Assembly (NCBI GenBank): GCA_964202795.1 | Contig: CAXNJS010000001.1 | Location: 1-63,968, forward strand | Length of the DNA: 63,968 nt | Direction: 5' to 3' | Origin: Candidatus Planktophila sp. | GTDB lineage: Bacteria; Actinomycetota; Actinomycetes; Nanopelagicales; Nanopelagicaceae | Shown here: positions 38,401 through 50,036 of the stretch, piece after piece | How positions within the stretch are numbered: position 1 is the first letter of the stretch | Layout of the letters: each line of letters starts with the position of its first letter | The notes under the pieces: generated by a model | Told to the model about the DNA's origin: nothing | What the model saw: only the letters and a program-made list of their open reading frames with translations | The model's database searches: none | Position numbers and translations under genes: made by a program

Positions 38401-38914
38401 GTTAATTGATGAAGGCGGAGATCACGAACAGATTGTGACGATCGGTGGATTGATCACTGGCATTACTCGTAAAATAACTAAGACTGGTTCGAACTGGGCA
38501 GTCGTAAATATCGAAGATCTAGAAGGCGCTCTAGAAGTATTATTCTTCTCAAATACTTACAATCAATACGCACTTACCTTAACGACTGATCGAGTGGCAC
38601 TTATTCGCGGTCGAGTAGATCGACGCGAAGATAAACTTCGCTTCACCGCTCTCGAAGTTACTTTTCCAGATATCTCGCAAGGCCCAGCAGGACCATTAGT
38701 AATTTCGATGCCAGTGGCCCAATGCACACCACCGATCGTTGATCGATTGAAAGAGATCTTGCGCACTCATCCTGGACAGCGTGAAGTCCATCTGCAATTA
38801 GAGGAACTCAGCGGTAACACAGTCATGAAGCTGGAATTTAAGGTCACATCTTCGCCAAGTTTGAGTGCTGATCTCAAAGCGATCCTCGGGGCTAATTGTC
38901 TGCAGAACGTATAG
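35414..38914 (+). CDS. dnaE: Replicative DNA polymerase III alpha subunit
   Basis: HLHVHTEYSMLDG intact PHP, PDIDLD, KMDFLG, QFDLF clamp motif, C-terminal tau-binding region. Confidence 0.96.
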   Translation: MSDSFVHLHVHTEYSMLDGAARVGELVQAAAQLEMPAIAMTDHGNVFGAFDFYKQATKAGIKPIIGIEAYVAPESRFNKSRVKWADGGEDDVSGGGSYTHMTMLAENNVGLANLFRLSSLASLEGFYYKPRMDRELLSKYAEGIIATTGCPGGEIQTRLRMGAYKEALRAASDYRDIFGANNFYLELMDHGIEIETRVKADLLKLAKDLKLPLLATNDLHYTAKADAKSHEALLCVQSGSTLADPKRFKFDNDEFYLKTPAEMRELFKELPEACDNTLLIASRCDVKLRENENLMPVFPVPAGETEVTWLIKESQAGLLRRLNGDVPAAYSERLNYELEVMNKMGFPGYFLVVADLVSHAQSQGIRVGPGRGSAAGSLVAYALGITGLDPIEHGLLFERFLNPERISMPDIDLDFDERRRSEMIRYATTKYGEDRVAQIITYGTIKSKQAIKDSTRVLGYPYAIGERLTKALPPAVMGKDISLGGIFNPQDERYGEANEFRQLYETDPDSKVVVDTARGLEGLKRQWGVHAAGVILSAQPLLDVIPIHRREADGAIITQFDMGACEATGLLKMDFLGLRNLSVLDDCLLNIKANRGEEVVLETLKLDDKKTYELLSRGDTLGVFQLDGGPMRALLKSLAPDSFADISAVIALYRPGPMGENAHNNYADRKNKRKPVEPIHAELEKPLEEILGDTYGLIVYQEQVMAIAQKVAGFSLGRADLLRKAMGKKNRDVLDKEYVHFESGMRGNGFSAPAIKRLWDVLIPFSDYAFNRAHSAGYGMVSYWTGYLKANYPAEYMAALLTSVRDDKDKSALYLSECRRMGSKVLPPDVNESDAEYTPRGIDIRFGLAAIRNVGEGVVASIKAAREAKGRFTSFGDFLAKVDAQVCNKKTIESLIKAGAFDSLGESRKGLMSIHLEAIDSVIESKRAEAIGQFDLFGGEGTTAVATMEVEVPTGEWEKALLLSYEREMLGLYVSDHPLLGVEHILRASVSKSISELIDEGGDHEQIVTIGGLITGITRKITKTGSNWAVVNIEDLEGALEVLFFSNTYNQYALTLTTDRVALIRGRVDRREDKLRFTALEVTFPDISQGPAGPLVISMPVAQCTPPIVDRLKEILRTHPGQREVHLQLEELSGNTVMKLEFKVTSSPSLSADLKAILGANCLQNV

Positions 38915-38936
38915 CTCTTATAAGTAGAATAGGGGA

Positions 38937-40244
38937 GTGATTCGAACCCTTGACCTGCGTGGTCGCACATTAACTAAAGCGGAAATTAACCGCGAGATTC
39001 CGCGTGCTCGGTTGGATGTCGAAACCGCCATGGCTGCGATTGCACCGATTCTTGAGCGTGTTAAGAATGGCTCTGAAGAAACTCTGCGTGAGTTAGCTCA
39101 AGAATTCGATGGCGTAAAACCGGCCCAGATTCGAGTTCCACAAACAGCACTTGATCAAGCCCTTGCCGAACTAGATCCAGCAATTCGCACAGCGCTCGAG
39201 CTATCAATTTCGCGAATCCGCAAAGTTCACGAAGATCAAGTGCGCAGCGTTAAGACTGTGCAAGTTGTTGATGGTGGCACCGTTACTGAGAAATGGATTC
39301 CGGTTGATCGCGTTGGGCTATATGTTCCAGGTGGTCGCGCGGTTTATCCAAGTAGTGTCATGATGAATGTAGTTCCGGCGCAAATTGCAAAAGTGTCGAG
39401 TATTGCCGTTGCATCGCCGCCTCAAAAAGAATTTGGCGGTCTGCCACACCCAACTATTTTGGCAACTTGTGCGCTACTTGGGATCACTGAAGTTTATGCA
39501 GTTGGGGGAGCCCAAGCGATAGCGCTATTTGCTTATGGAATCGATGGCTTCTCTGAAAAGTGCGATTTAGTAACTGGGCCCGGAAATATTTATGTGGCTG
39601 CTGCTAAGCGCGCACTTCGTGGTGTGATTGGAATTGACTCTGAAGCTGGCCCAACTGAAATTGCAATTTTGGCCGATGAAAGTGCATTTGCTAGCGACGT
39701 TGCAGCAGATCTAATTAGCCAGGCTGAGCACGATCCAATTGCAGCTGCAGTGCTGGTTACAACTTCAAGTGAACTAGCAACTGCGGTTCAAGGCGAACTA
39801 AAGAATCGTGTTGCGGCAACGAAACATAGTGATCGCATTACCATAGCGCTTTCTGGCATCCAGTCGGCAATAGTTCTAGTTGATTCAATTGCGCAAGGCC
39901 TAGATGTGGTTAACGCATATGCAGCTGAACACTTAGAGATTCAAACTAAAAATGCAGCAAGGGATGCCGAACTAATTCGCAATGCCGGCGCAGTTTTCAT
40001 AGGTCGATTCACGCCAGTCTCATTAGGTGACTACGCAGCTGGCTCTAACCATGTTCTACCAACTGGCGGTTGCGCCTGTCATTCCAGTGGTTTATCAGTG
40101 CAAACATTCTTACGTGGCTTGCACTTTGTTTCCTACAATCAAGAATCCTTCCTTGATCTGGTTCCAACTGTTGTGACCCTAGCTAATTCTGAAGATTTAC
40201 CTGCGCACGGTGAAGCGATGACTGCTCGTCTGGAAAAACTATGA
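38937..40244 (+). CDS. hisD: Histidinol dehydrogenase
   Basis: [25 protein letters not shown] and GSNHVLPT motifs. Confidence 0.96.
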   Translation: MIRTLDLRGRTLTKAEINREIPRARLDVETAMAAIAPILERVKNGSEETLRELAQEFDGVKPAQIRVPQTALDQALAELDPAIRTALELSISRIRKVHEDQVRSVKTVQVVDGGTVTEKWIPVDRVGLYVPGGRAVYPSSVMMNVVPAQIAKVSSIAVASPPQKEFGGLPHPTILATCALLGITEVYAVGGAQAIALFAYGIDGFSEKCDLVTGPGNIYVAAAKRALRGVIGIDSEAGPTEIAILADESAFASDVAADLISQAEHDPIAAAVLVTTSSELATAVQGELKNRVAATKHSDRITIALSGIQSAIVLVDSIAQGLDVVNAYAAEHLEIQTKNAARDAELIRNAGAVFIGRFTPVSLGDYAAGSNHVLPTGGCACHSSGLSVQTFLRGLHFVSYNQESFLDLVPTVVTLANSEDLPAHGEAMTARLEKL

Positions 40245-41353
40245 GTAATTCAAATAATTGGCCGACATGGCTGCCGCTGCGCGAACCACTTAAGCCAATG
40301 TCGCCATATGGAGCGCCCCAAGTTGTGGCAAGTGCTCAACTAAATACCAATGAGAATCCCTTTGCACCATCTACTGAGCTAGTTGCTGCAATTATCAAAC
40401 GCGTAGCTGAAGTTAGTGCGACTCTTAATCGATATCCAGATCGTGATGCGATCGCATTGCGCGCCAGATTAGCTAAATACATAACGGCTCAGACTGGCGT
40501 TTCTTTTGACGTTGCTAATCTTTGGGCGGCAAATGGCAGCAACGAAATCATCCAATCTATTTTTCTAGCATTTGGTTGCGAAAGCGCACTTGGTTTCACG
40601 CCTTCCTACTCAATGCACCCATTGATTGCCAAAGTAACTTCAGTTAATTGGTTAGATGGAAAGCGCCGTGATGATCATTCCCTCGATGTTGCCGTTGCAG
40701 CCCAGCAAGTTGCAACTGCCAAGCCAACACTTACCTTTATTACCACTCCAAATAATCCAACTGGTTCAGTAGTAGAGATTTCTGAGATCATCGAGTTGGC
40801 AAAGGCTGCTGCGTCAGTTGGTGGCTTACTCGTTGTAGATGAGGCCTACGCCGAATTCTCGAGCCAGGCTTCGGCAGTTACTTTAATTGCGCAATATCCG
40901 AATGTGATTGTTATTCGCACCATGAGTAAAGCATTCGCTTTTGCTGGCGCTCGATTAGGTTATTTAATCGCAGATCCTGCCGTGATCGATGCGCTACAAC
41001 TGGTTCGCTTGCCGTATCACTTAAGTGCAATCACCCAAGCAGTTGCTGAAGTCGCACTTTCTTTTGCAGATGAACTCTTAGCTGGCGTTGATACCTTAAT
41101 TGCCCAGCGCGAGGTCGTGCAGGCTGGGTTAACGAAGTTAGGTTTAACTATTACGCCGAGTGCGGCCAACTTCTTGCTCTTTGGTGGCTTTAGCCAACCG
41201 GCAGATCAGATCTGGCAGAAGTTGCTAGATCGCGGCATCTTGATTCGAGATGTGGGATTATTGGGTCAACTTCGCGTAACCATCGGCACTGCTGCCGAAA
41301 ATCAAGCATTTCTATCGGCCCTAACCGAAGTTCTAGCAGAAGGAGATAAGTGA
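40241..41353 (+). CDS. hisC: Histidinol-phosphate aminotransferase
   Basis: NTNENP, NRYPD, PNNPTG, DEAY and RTMSKAF motifs. Confidence 0.95.
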   Translation: MSNSNNWPTWLPLREPLKPMSPYGAPQVVASAQLNTNENPFAPSTELVAAIIKRVAEVSATLNRYPDRDAIALRARLAKYITAQTGVSFDVANLWAANGSNEIIQSIFLAFGCESALGFTPSYSMHPLIAKVTSVNWLDGKRRDDHSLDVAVAAQQVATAKPTLTFITTPNNPTGSVVEISEIIELAKAAASVGGLLVVDEAYAEFSSQASAVTLIAQYPNVIVIRTMSKAFAFAGARLGYLIADPAVIDALQLVRLPYHLSAITQAVAEVALSFADELLAGVDTLIAQREVVQAGLTKLGLTITPSAANFLLFGGFSQPADQIWQKLLDRGILIRDVGLLGQLRVTIGTAAENQAFLSALTEVLAEGDK

Positions 41354-41938
41354 ATGAGAACTGCCCGCGTCGAGCGAAAGACTAAGGAATCTCATGTCCT
41401 CGTCGAATTAAATTTAGATGGCGATGGCTCAATCAACGTTGAGACGGGGGTGCCATTTTTCGATCATATGCTCTCGCAACTGGGCAAGCACTCCGGTTTT
41501 AATTTAACAGTCAAGACCACAGGCGATATTGATGTTGATTCACACCACACAGTTGAAGATACCTCACTTGCTTTTGGCCAAGCACTGCGTGAAGCACTGG
41601 GCGATAAAGCTGGCATCCGCCGCTTCGGTGATGCCATGGTTCCACTTGATGAAGTGTTGGTTCAAGCAGCTGTTGATCTATCGGGGCGACCATATTTGGT
41701 GCATCGCCAACCAGAGATCGTAGAGTTAATCGGCACTTTTGATACCACGCTTGGAAAACATATTTGGGAATCGATTGTGGCTGAGGCACACATCGCACTT
41801 CACATCCGAGTTCTCGAAGGGCGCAATGCGCACCACGTTTTCGAAGCACAATTTAAAGCTGTAGCGCGTGCCTTGCGTGATGCAGTTTCACTAGATGGTC
41901 GCGTCTCTGGAATTCCATCAACTAAGGGTTCGTTGTAG
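41354..41938 (+). CDS. hisB: Imidazoleglycerol-phosphate dehydratase
   Basis: DSHHTVED and [12 protein letters not shown] motifs. Confidence 0.96.
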   Translation: MRTARVERKTKESHVLVELNLDGDGSINVETGVPFFDHMLSQLGKHSGFNLTVKTTGDIDVDSHHTVEDTSLAFGQALREALGDKAGIRRFGDAMVPLDEVLVQAAVDLSGRPYLVHRQPEIVELIGTFDTTLGKHIWESIVAEAHIALHIRVLEGRNAHHVFEAQFKAVARALRDAVSLDGRVSGIPSTKGSL

Positions 41939-41945
41939 GTCATCA

Positions 41946-42548
41946 TTGATTGCAATTCTTGATTATGGCTCTGGAAATCTACGTTCAGCAGAACGTGCAT
42001 TTGCGACCTCTGATCACGATGTAGTTGTAACTGCTGATCGCAAAATTGCCCTCGAAGCAAGTGGCTTAGTTATTCCTGGTGTTGGTGCATTCGCTGCCTG
42101 CATGAGTGGACTTAAAAGTGTGGCGGGTGATGAGATTGCGCGCGAACGTATCGCACTCGGTCGACCAACACTCGGAATTTGTATCGGTATGCAAATTCTC
42201 TTCGAGAGCGGATTAGAGCACGCTGAAAATGGCGCTCACCAAGGTGTCGGAATATGGCCAGGAATGGTTAAAAAATTAAATGCCCCGATCTTGCCGCACA
42301 TGGGTTGGAATACCGTTTCAACAACTCCGGGCTCAACAATTTTTGCCGGAGTAGAAAATGAAAGTTTTTATTTTGTGCATTCTTATGCAGCAACTGCGCC
42401 GATAGGGCAATATCAAGCCTGGTCTGAGTATGGCGAACCATTTTTAGCAGCAGTCGAAGACGGCGCACTAACGGCTACGCAGTTCCATCCGGAAAAATCT
42501 GGCACCGCCGGACTTAAATTGATTTCGAACTGGAGTAAGAGCCTGTGA
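41946..42548 (+). CDS. hisH: Imidazole glycerol phosphate synthase, glutaminase subunit
   Basis: [20 protein letters not shown] and QFHPEKS motifs; TTG start inferred at 41946. Confidence 0.93.
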   Translation: MIAILDYGSGNLRSAERAFATSDHDVVVTADRKIALEASGLVIPGVGAFAACMSGLKSVAGDEIARERIALGRPTLGICIGMQILFESGLEHAENGAHQGVGIWPGMVKKLNAPILPHMGWNTVSTTPGSTIFAGVENESFYFVHSYAATAPIGQYQAWSEYGEPFLAAVEDGALTATQFHPEKSGTAGLKLISNWSKSL

Positions 42549-43276
42549 AAAAACTAGAACTTCTGCCTGCCGTCGATGTTAAAGATGGTCGCGCAGTTCG
42601 CTTGGTTCAAGGCGCACTTGATAAAGAAAGCATTTATGGCGCACCACTTGAAGTTGCACTGGAGTTTCAAGCAGCTGGCGCTGAATGGTTGCACTTGGTT
42701 GATCTCGATGCAGCATTTGGTCGGGGGAGTAATGCCACGCTTTTGGCCGAAGTTGTTGCGGCCTTAGACATTAAAGTCGAACTTTCGGGCGGTATTCGTG
42801 ATGATGAATCCTTAAAGCGCGCATTAGCTACTGGCTGCACGCGAATTAATTTAGGAACTGCCGCTCTTGAAAATCCCGAGTGGACAGCTAAAGTAATTAA
42901 GCAATATGGCGATCGCATCGCAGTTGGTCTCGATGTGCGTGGCACAACTCTGGCTGCTCGTGGCTGGACTAAGGAGGGCGGCGAGCTATTCGAAACTATT
43001 GAACGGCTTGATCGAGATGGTTGCTCTCGTTACATCGTTACTGATGTGGCAAGAGATGGCACCTTGACTGGGCCAAATCTAGAGCTATTGAAATCAGTTT
43101 GTGCTGCAACCAATGCGCCAATTGTTGCAAGCGGTGGTGTTTCATCCTTGGCCGACATTGCCGCAATTGCAGAGCTAGTTGAGATTGGCGTCGAGGGTTC
43201 GATTGTTGGTAAAGCTCTCTACGCTGGTGCTTTCACTCTGCCCGAAGCGTTGGCAATTGCAAATGGAAAGTTTTAA
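42545..43276 (+). CDS. priA: Bifunctional HisA/TrpF isomerase PriA
   Basis: [24 protein letters not shown] and RGWT motifs; actinobacterial PriA type. Confidence 0.92.
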   Translation: MKKLELLPAVDVKDGRAVRLVQGALDKESIYGAPLEVALEFQAAGAEWLHLVDLDAAFGRGSNATLLAEVVAALDIKVELSGGIRDDESLKRALATGCTRINLGTAALENPEWTAKVIKQYGDRIAVGLDVRGTTLAARGWTKEGGELFETIERLDRDGCSRYIVTDVARDGTLTGPNLELLKSVCAATNAPIVASGGVSSLADIAAIAELVEIGVEGSIVGKALYAGAFTLPEALAIANGKF

Positions 43277-43279
43277 GAA

Positions 43280-44053
43280 ATGACACTAGCCAGTCGAGTT
43301 ATTGCGTGCCTCGATGTAACTGATGGTCGAGTTGTAAAGGGTGTCAACTTCACCGATTTAGTAGATGCTGGCGATCCAGTTGAGATGGCAAAAGTTTATA
43401 ACTTAGAAGGTGTTGACGAACTAACTTTCTTAGATATTTCAGCGAGCAACATGAATCGTTCGACGACTCTTGATGTGGTGGCTCGTACTGCTGAGCAAGT
43501 TTTTATTCCGCTAACTGTCGGTGGCGGAATTCGAAGTGTGGCTGATGTAAATAATTTGCTACGAGCAGGTGCGGATAAAATTTCAATAAATACTGCTGCG
43601 ATCACTCGGCCTGAATTAATTTCCGAAATTGTTGATCGGTTTGGTTCGCAAGTTTTAGTTTTGTCAGTTGATGCTCGTCGCGCAAATACCCCTTCTGGTT
43701 TTGAAGTTACAACACATGGCGGTCGCGAGAGCGCTGGCCTGGATGCTTTAGCTTGGGTAGAAAAAGCTTGCGCACTTGGGATTGGCGAAATTTTGCTAAA
43801 TTCAATGGATGCCGACGGCACTCGGGCTGGGTATGACATTGGCATGATCAAAGCTGTCCGCCAAGTTGCAAATGTGCCATTGATTGCAAGTGGTGGGGCA
43901 GGGACGTTATCTGATTTCGCAGCAGCTCTCGATGCTGGTGCCGACGCGTTATTGGCAGCTAGTGTTTTTCACTTTGGGATTCATCGCATCGGTGATGTTA
44001 AGCGTTATTTGAGCCAGCAAGGCTATTCGGTTCGCACCAGCGCACTTACGTAG
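43280..44053 (+). CDS. hisF: Imidazole glycerol phosphate synthase, cyclase subunit
   Basis: CLDV, GDPVE, PLTVGGG, SMDADG and IASGG motifs. Confidence 0.96.
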   Translation: MTLASRVIACLDVTDGRVVKGVNFTDLVDAGDPVEMAKVYNLEGVDELTFLDISASNMNRSTTLDVVARTAEQVFIPLTVGGGIRSVADVNNLLRAGADKISINTAAITRPELISEIVDRFGSQVLVLSVDARRANTPSGFEVTTHGGRESAGLDALAWVEKACALGIGEILLNSMDADGTRAGYDIGMIKAVRQVANVPLIASGGAGTLSDFAAALDAGADALLAASVFHFGIHRIGDVKRYLSQQGYSVRTSALT

Positions 44054-44067
44054 GGCAGAATTGACCA

Positions 44068-44412
44068 ATGAGCGCAATCGAATTTCCGGCTGAGTTAATG
44101 GCTCGGTTTAGTGATCCCAGCGCCTTAATTCCAGCGATTGCTCAAGATGCGGTAACTGGTGAAGTTTTGATGCTTGCCTATATGAATCATGCAGCGCTGA
44201 CTCAAACTTTAGAAACAAAAGCTGCCACTTACTGGTCTCGTTCGCGTAATGAACTTTGGGTTAAAGGGGCTACTTCAGGCCACACCCAGAAGGTAATTTC
44301 AGTTTCGCTAGATTGCGATAGTGATGCAATTTTAATCAAAGTCGAACAAGTTGGCCCAGCCTGTCATACCGGTGATCGCACCTGTTTTCATAATGAATTG
44401 ATCGGTGAGTAG
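44068..44412 (+). CDS. hisI: Phosphoribosyl-AMP cyclohydrolase
   Basis: [20 protein letters not shown] and ACHTG motifs. Confidence 0.95.
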   Translation: MSAIEFPAELMARFSDPSALIPAIAQDAVTGEVLMLAYMNHAALTQTLETKAATYWSRSRNELWVKGATSGHTQKVISVSLDCDSDAILIKVEQVGPACHTGDRTCFHNELIGE

Positions 44413-44417
44413 CCAGG

Positions 44418-45902
44418 ATGCAGTTAGCCGAATTTCGTGAGTACGCCCGCGACTTCAATGTAGTTCCGGTTTCGCGCAAATTACTAGCCGATGGCGAAAC
44501 TCCGCTAGCTGTTTATCGCAAACTCGGAGCTAACCGACCAGCTACTTTTCTATTGGAGTCAGCCGAACATGGTGGCGCTTGGTCGAGGTATTCATTCATC
44601 GGCGTAAATTGCGAAGCAACTTTGACGGCCGAAAATGGTTTAGCTACTTGGCTAGGTAAACCACCGGCAGGTGCACCAACTGGCATTGATCCGTTGGCAG
44701 CACTTCGACTAAGTGCTAATCATTTGAAATCACCAAAAATTGCTGGGCTTCCACCACTAACTGGCGGTTTAGTTGGCTACCTTGGTTATGACAGTGTGCG
44801 CAGATTAGAGAAACTGCCCAACTTAGCTATTGATGATTTACTAATTCCTGAATTAGCTTTTATGTTAACTACAGATCTTGCCGTACTTGATCACAGCGAT
44901 GGCACGATTACTTTGATCGCTAATGCAATCAACTGGGATGGTAGCGATGAGCGAGTTGATGAGGCTTATCATGCAGCTGTTGCCCGGTTAGATCAAATGG
45001 CAAAAGACTTAGCGTCGCCACTACCTGGATATCTTTCAGAGTTAAGTAAGCCAGCAAGTGGTGAGATAGCTTCGAATATTTCAACCCCAGAGTTTCTAGT
45101 TAAAGTTGCCGCGATCAAAGAAGAAATTTTGGCAGGTGAAGCATTTCAAGTAGTGCTTTCACAGCGTTTTGAGATTGAATGCAAAGCTGAACCAATCGAT
45201 GTTTACCGCATGCTGCGCTTGCATAACCCAAGTCCTTATATGTATTTATTCCACTTTGCAGATGGTGTTTCCGTAGTTGGTTCCAGCCCTGAAGCATTAG
45301 TCAAAGTCACCGATGGCGAAGTAATGGTTCATCCGATTGCTGGCACTCGCAAGCGCTCTGATTCACCTGAAGAAGATGCTCGTCTGGCAACTGAATTGTT
45401 AGCAGATCCCAAAGAGCGAGCCGAACATTTAATGTTAGTTGATTTAGGGCGCAATGATTTAGGACGTATCTGCTCTGCCGGAAGCGTTGAAGTTGTGGAT
45501 TTCATGCACATCGAGCGCTACTCGCATGTCATGCACATTGTTTCAACAGTGACTGGAAAACTGGCAAGTGATGCACTTCCAGTTGATGCTCTCTTTGCGA
45601 CTTTCCCAGCCGGCACGTTATCTGGTGCTCCAAAGCCGCGGGCAATGGAAATTATTGAAGAACTAGAGCCAACTAGACGTGGGCTTTATGGTGGCGCAAT
45701 TGGCTACATCGATTTCACCGGAAATATTGATACTTGTATCGCAATTCGAACTGCACTGATCAAAGATGGCAAAGCTTATGTGCAAGCGGGTGCTGGCGTC
45801 GTAGCTGATTCAGATGCCGAATCTGAAAATCAAGAGTGTCATAACAAAGCAGCTGCAGTGTTAGGTGCAATTAGTGCCGCAAATGATTTGGTTAGCAAAT
45901 GA
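44418..45902 (+). CDS. trpE: Anthranilate synthase component I
   Basis: [28 protein letters not shown] and GAPK motifs. Confidence 0.94.
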   Translation: MQLAEFREYARDFNVVPVSRKLLADGETPLAVYRKLGANRPATFLLESAEHGGAWSRYSFIGVNCEATLTAENGLATWLGKPPAGAPTGIDPLAALRLSANHLKSPKIAGLPPLTGGLVGYLGYDSVRRLEKLPNLAIDDLLIPELAFMLTTDLAVLDHSDGTITLIANAINWDGSDERVDEAYHAAVARLDQMAKDLASPLPGYLSELSKPASGEIASNISTPEFLVKVAAIKEEILAGEAFQVVLSQRFEIECKAEPIDVYRMLRLHNPSPYMYLFHFADGVSVVGSSPEALVKVTDGEVMVHPIAGTRKRSDSPEEDARLATELLADPKERAEHLMLVDLGRNDLGRICSAGSVEVVDFMHIERYSHVMHIVSTVTGKLASDALPVDALFATFPAGTLSGAPKPRAMEIIEELEPTRRGLYGGAIGYIDFTGNIDTCIAIRTALIKDGKAYVQAGAGVVADSDAESENQECHNKAAAVLGAISAANDLVSK

Positions 45903-46075
45903 GTAATGCGGTGGAAATATTGATTTCAGTAGTTATCGTGGTAGCACTTACATTGATACTGAGTCGCTCAATGAAGCTATCTGCAAGATATGAACGTAAG
46001 CCACACCAACTCTCTGATTGGAATGCGCAAGATCAGGGGTTTGACCCAACTCAAGATATCGAGTCTGATCGATGA
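45899..46075 (+). CDS. 58-aa minimal Trp biosynthesis-associated membrane protein (not in the ORF track)
   Basis: [58 protein letters not shown]; ATGA overlaps at both ends; RYER and WxAxDxGxDPT motifs. Confidence 0.8.
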   Translation: MSNAVEILISVVIVVALTLILSRSMKLSARYERKPHQLSDWNAQDQGFDPTQDIESDR

Positions 46076-46845
46076 GTGTTCTAGAGGAAATAATTGCTGG
46101 CGTTAAAGAAGATCTTGCCGATCGCAAAATTCCGCGCAGTGAAATTGAAGCAGCAGCCTATGGGGCAGCACCAGTAATTGATTGCTTGCCAATTATGCGT
46201 GCTCAAGAGATGGCGGTTATCGCCGAAGTAAAACGCTCATCCCCAAGTAAAGGTGCGCTAGCAACTATTGCCGATCCCGCAGCACTTGCTGAGCAATACC
46301 AAGAAGCTGGTGCCAGTGCGATTAGCGTTCTAACTGAGCGACGTAGATTTAGTGGTTCATTGGCAGATCTTGATGCAGTTCGTAAGCGCGTTACATTGCC
46401 AATTTTGCGGAAAGATTTTATGGTCGATGAATATCAGTTCTTCGAAGCCCGGGCCCATGGCGCCGACTTGGTTTTATTAATTGTGGCCGGCCTTAGCGAC
46501 AGCCAATTAAATGAATTCGCAGCGCTAACAAATGAGTTAGGAATGCGAGCGCTAGTTGAGGTTCATACTCATCAAGAATTAGAGCGTGCACTTGGAATTA
46601 AACCTGAACTAATTGGAATTAACTCGCGAAACCTTAAGACCCTAGATGTTGATCAGAAAGCATTTGCCGAACTATTGCCCCAGATTCCGGCTGAGTTAAT
46701 CCGGGTTGCTGAATCAGGAATTTCCCAGCGTAGTGATGTGGAATTCGCCCAAAAGTTTGGCGCGAACGCGATTTTGGTTGGCGAAGCCTTGGTTAAAGCG
46801 GGAGATCCGAATTTGGCGATGCGCGAACTATTGGGCCAAAGGTAG
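46072..46845 (+). CDS. trpC: Indole-3-glycerol phosphate synthase
   Basis: IAEVKRSSPSKG, LRKDF, GINSRNL and AESGI motifs. Confidence 0.95.
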   Translation: MSVLEEIIAGVKEDLADRKIPRSEIEAAAYGAAPVIDCLPIMRAQEMAVIAEVKRSSPSKGALATIADPAALAEQYQEAGASAISVLTERRRFSGSLADLDAVRKRVTLPILRKDFMVDEYQFFEARAHGADLVLLIVAGLSDSQLNEFAALTNELGMRALVEVHTHQELERALGIKPELIGINSRNLKTLDVDQKAFAELLPQIPAELIRVAESGISQRSDVEFAQKFGANAILVGEALVKAGDPNLAMRELLGQR

Positions 46846-46854
46846 GCTTACCCC

Positions 46855-48057
46855 ATGTTAGATTCGAAATTGGTTATCGATGGCCTGGGTCATTTTGGTC
46901 CCTATGGCGGCCGTTTCGTACCTGAAGCGTTGATCGGTGCTCTTGAAGAGCTTGAAGCCGCACATACTTCAGCTTTGTTAGATCCAATTTTTCAGGCCGA
47001 ACTAACTGAGCTGCATCGCAGTTATAGCGGTCGTCCAAGCATCATTACTGAAGCAAAGCGTTTTGCCGAGCATGCCGGTGGCGCGCGCATTATTTTAAAG
47101 CGCGAAGATTTAAATCACACGGGTAGCCATAAAATAAATAATGTTTTAGGACAAGCTCTTCTAACTAAGCGCATGGGCAAGTCTCGCATTATTGCCGAAA
47201 CTGGCGCAGGTCAACATGGTGTCGCATCTGCAACAGCGGCGGCGTTAATGGGCCTTGAGTGCGTGGTTTATATGGGCGAAGAAGATACTAAGCGTCAGTC
47301 GCTAAATGTGGCACGCATGAAATTGTTGGGCGCCAAGGTTGTGCCAGTGACTTCAGGTTCGCGCACGCTAAAGGACGCAATCAACGAAGCGATGCGCGAT
47401 TGGGTTACCAATGTTGAAAATACCCATTACTTATTGGGCACAGTTGCTGGCCCGCATCCGTTTCCAACCATGGTGCGCGATTTCCATAAAATTATTGGTC
47501 AAGAAGCTCGCGCTCAAGTAATCGAATTAACTGGAAAACTTCCAGACGCAATTCTTGCTTGTGTTGGTGGCGGTTCAAATGCAATCGGTATCTTCCATGA
47601 TTTTATTAAAGATGAAAACGTTCGTTTAATTGGCCTCGAAGCAGGTGGTGATGGTGTTGAAACTGGTCGCCATGCCGCAACAATCACTGGTGGAACTCGA
47701 GGAGTTCTTCACGGCACTCGCTCATACGTTTTGCAGGATGAAAATGGTCAGACCGTTGAGTCTCATTCAATTTCAGCTGGTTTAGATTATCCAGGTGTTG
47801 GCCCAGAACATGCATATCTTCATGACATCGGTCGCGCTGAATATCGCGCGATTACCGATGCGCAAGCAATGGCAGCATTCGCGCTGCTTTGCCAGACCGA
47901 AGGAATTATTCCGGCAATTGAAACAGCGCACGCGTTGGCTGGTGCAATCCAAGTCGGTAATGAACTTGGCCCTGATGCAACACTGCTAATCAATCTTTCG
48001 GGTCGGGGCGACAAAGATGTACAGACTGCAGCGGATTACTTTGGAATTCCACTGTAG
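46855..48057 (+). CDS. trpB: Tryptophan synthase beta chain
   Basis: [17 protein letters not shown] and [11 protein letters not shown] motifs. Confidence 0.97.
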   Translation: MLDSKLVIDGLGHFGPYGGRFVPEALIGALEELEAAHTSALLDPIFQAELTELHRSYSGRPSIITEAKRFAEHAGGARIILKREDLNHTGSHKINNVLGQALLTKRMGKSRIIAETGAGQHGVASATAAALMGLECVVYMGEEDTKRQSLNVARMKLLGAKVVPVTSGSRTLKDAINEAMRDWVTNVENTHYLLGTVAGPHPFPTMVRDFHKIIGQEARAQVIELTGKLPDAILACVGGGSNAIGIFHDFIKDENVRLIGLEAGGDGVETGRHAATITGGTRGVLHGTRSYVLQDENGQTVESHSISAGLDYPGVGPEHAYLHDIGRAEYRAITDAQAMAAFALLCQTEGIIPAIETAHALAGAIQVGNELGPDATLLINLSGRGDKDVQTAADYFGIPL

Positions 48058-48866
48058 TGAGCACGAATACCGCTCTTGATCAACTATTTGTAAAAACTCG
48101 CGCCGAAAATCGCGCAGCGCTAATTGCCTACATTCCAGCCGGGTTTCCCTCACAAGCAGGCTGTCACAAAGTAATTGAAACACTGGCAAAAGCTGGGGTA
48201 GATGCGATTGAAATTGGTTACCCATATAGCGACCCAGTTATGGATGGCCCAACTATTCAGGCAGCGGCAACACAGGCACTGGAAAACGGAACTGGCGTTA
48301 CCGAAGTTTTTGCGGCGTTAAAGCATGCAACTGATCAAGGTGTTGCAGCAGTAGTAATGACTTACTGGAATCCAATTGAAAAATATGGCGCAGCAAAATT
48401 TGCCCAAGCAATCGCCGACAATGGCGGATCGGGTGTGATCACGCCCGATCTAACCATTGAAGAATCCGATGAATGGCGCGCTGCGGTAAAAACCAGTTCA
48501 ATAAATCCAATCTACGTTGTGGCACCGAGTACTAAGCCAGAGCGTTTAGTAAAAGTTACCGACCAATGTGGTGGATTTATTTATGCAGCAAGCTTGATGG
48601 GTGTAACAGGGGCCCGATCTGGAATCTCAAGTGGCGCTGGCGAATTAGTTGCGCGCTTACGCAAAGTTAGCGATAAACCAATCAGTGTTGGTCTTGGTGT
48701 TTCTAACCGTGAGCAAGCTAGAGAAGTTGCCGCATTTGCCGATGGCGTAATAGTTGGATCAGCATTTATTAAAGCAATTCAAGACGCTCCTGATGAGCAG
48801 AGTGGTCTTGCTGCAGTTGCGCATCTAGCGAGTGAGTTAGCTAAAGGAGTGCGTGAAGCAAGATGA
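48057..48866 (+). CDS. trpA: Tryptophan synthase alpha chain
   Basis: EIGYPYSDPVMDGP, GVTG and DGVIVGSA motifs. Confidence 0.96.
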   Translation: MSTNTALDQLFVKTRAENRAALIAYIPAGFPSQAGCHKVIETLAKAGVDAIEIGYPYSDPVMDGPTIQAAATQALENGTGVTEVFAALKHATDQGVAAVVMTYWNPIEKYGAAKFAQAIADNGGSGVITPDLTIEESDEWRAAVKTSSINPIYVVAPSTKPERLVKVTDQCGGFIYAASLMGVTGARSGISSGAGELVARLRKVSDKPISVGLGVSNREQAREVAAFADGVIVGSAFIKAIQDAPDEQSGLAAVAHLASELAKGVREAR

Positions 48867-49360
48867 TTCTTAATTTGATTGATAAATTTGCATGGGGTAA
48901 ATACGGCAAATGGTTTGGACTTCTAAGTCGCCTAACTTTAGGTGGCGTGCTTTTTGCAGCCGGTTGGTTGAAAGTTTTCACACCTGCTAAATCACAGATG
49001 GCAGTTCGTGCTTATGAAGTACTGCCAATTTCAGTAGCAAATTTTTTCGGTATTGCCTTGCCTTGGTTTGAAGTTGGCTTAGGAATTCTTCTTATTCTGG
49101 GGATCGCGGTAAGACTCTCGGCGCTGCTTGGTGGGGCGCTAATGGTGCTCTTCATCGCAGCAATTTCTCAGGCTTGGGCTCGCGGCCTTTCGATCGATTG
49201 CGGATGTTTCGGTGGTGGCGGCACCGTGGAGCCAGGCCAAACGAAGTATTTAAGCGAAATCTTGCGAGATAGTGGCTTGGCATTGTTGGCTTTATATTTA
49301 GTTCGCTACCCTTTGACTCGATTTGCAGTAGAAAAAATGACGAAAACCGAAGGAGAGTAA
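48863..49360 (+). CDS. MauE/DoxX family redox membrane protein
   Basis: LPWFE and ARGLSIDCGCFG motifs. Confidence 0.85.
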   Translation: MILNLIDKFAWGKYGKWFGLLSRLTLGGVLFAAGWLKVFTPAKSQMAVRAYEVLPISVANFFGIALPWFEVGLGILLILGIAVRLSALLGGALMVLFIAAISQAWARGLSIDCGCFGGGGTVEPGQTKYLSEILRDSGLALLALYLVRYPLTRFAVEKMTKTEGE

Positions 49361-49364
49361 GTAC

Positions 49365-50033
49365 ATGGCAACTGGTTCATCTGGTGGAGATAAGTTCACC
49401 CGCAATTTAGTTATCGGAATGGTTGCCTTAGTCGTTGTCGTTGGCGCTTCGTTCTCATACTTCGGTTCAAAAGGTTCGACAACTGCAGCCATACCTTCAA
49501 GTGTTTCTAAAGAAGATGGATACGGAATCGTCTTTAACGCAGATGTACCAAATGTTCCAACAATTGATATTTATGAAGATTTCCAGTGCCCAGTTTGCGC
49601 GCGCTTCGAAGCTATAAATGGCATCACTCTTGAGAAAGCCATTGAAGAGAAGAAAGCCAAAGTTGTTTATCACGTTCTTTCCTTCCTCGGCACCGAATCA
49701 ATTTTGGCCGCTAACGCATCAGCATGTGCAGCCGATGAGAATAAGTTCTTAGCTTTCCACAAAGCGTTCTATGCCAATCAGCCAGCTGAAAATGCCGGCG
49801 CGATCGATGCCACATTCTTGAAGAGCATTGGCGCGGCAATCGGAATCAATTCACCTAAATTTGCCGCTTGCGTTGATAACGGTGGATATTCTGACTGGGT
49901 TAAGAATGTTGCCGAAGCTGGCGCAAAAGCAAATGTTAATTCGACACCAACAGTATTTGTAAACGGTAAAGAGATTGACCGTAATACCGAATACTTCAAT
50001 GTCGAGGCATTTGCTAAAGCTATTGCAGGCTAA
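49365..50033 (+). CDS. Membrane-anchored DsbA-like thiol-disulfide oxidoreductase
   Basis: N-terminal TM, EDFQCPVC active site and STPTVFVNG cis-Pro loop. Confidence 0.88.
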   Translation: MATGSSGGDKFTRNLVIGMVALVVVVGASFSYFGSKGSTTAAIPSSVSKEDGYGIVFNADVPNVPTIDIYEDFQCPVCARFEAINGITLEKAIEEKKAKVVYHVLSFLGTESILAANASACAADENKFLAFHKAFYANQPAENAGAIDATFLKSIGAAIGINSPKFAACVDNGGYSDWVKNVAEAGAKANVNSTPTVFVNGKEIDRNTEYFNVEAFAKAIAG

Positions 50034-50036
50034 TTA

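Noticed and set aside
35414-38914. Two dnaE genes as a recent duplication or misassembly
   Set aside because: They are divergent paralogs (replicative DnaE1 vs SOS DnaE2), a normal pairing in Actinobacteria.
38937-48866. Absence of hisG, hisE, trpD, trpG and trpF from the his/trp cluster
   Set aside because: Normal actinobacterial arrangement: these genes lie elsewhere and PriA supplies TrpF activity.
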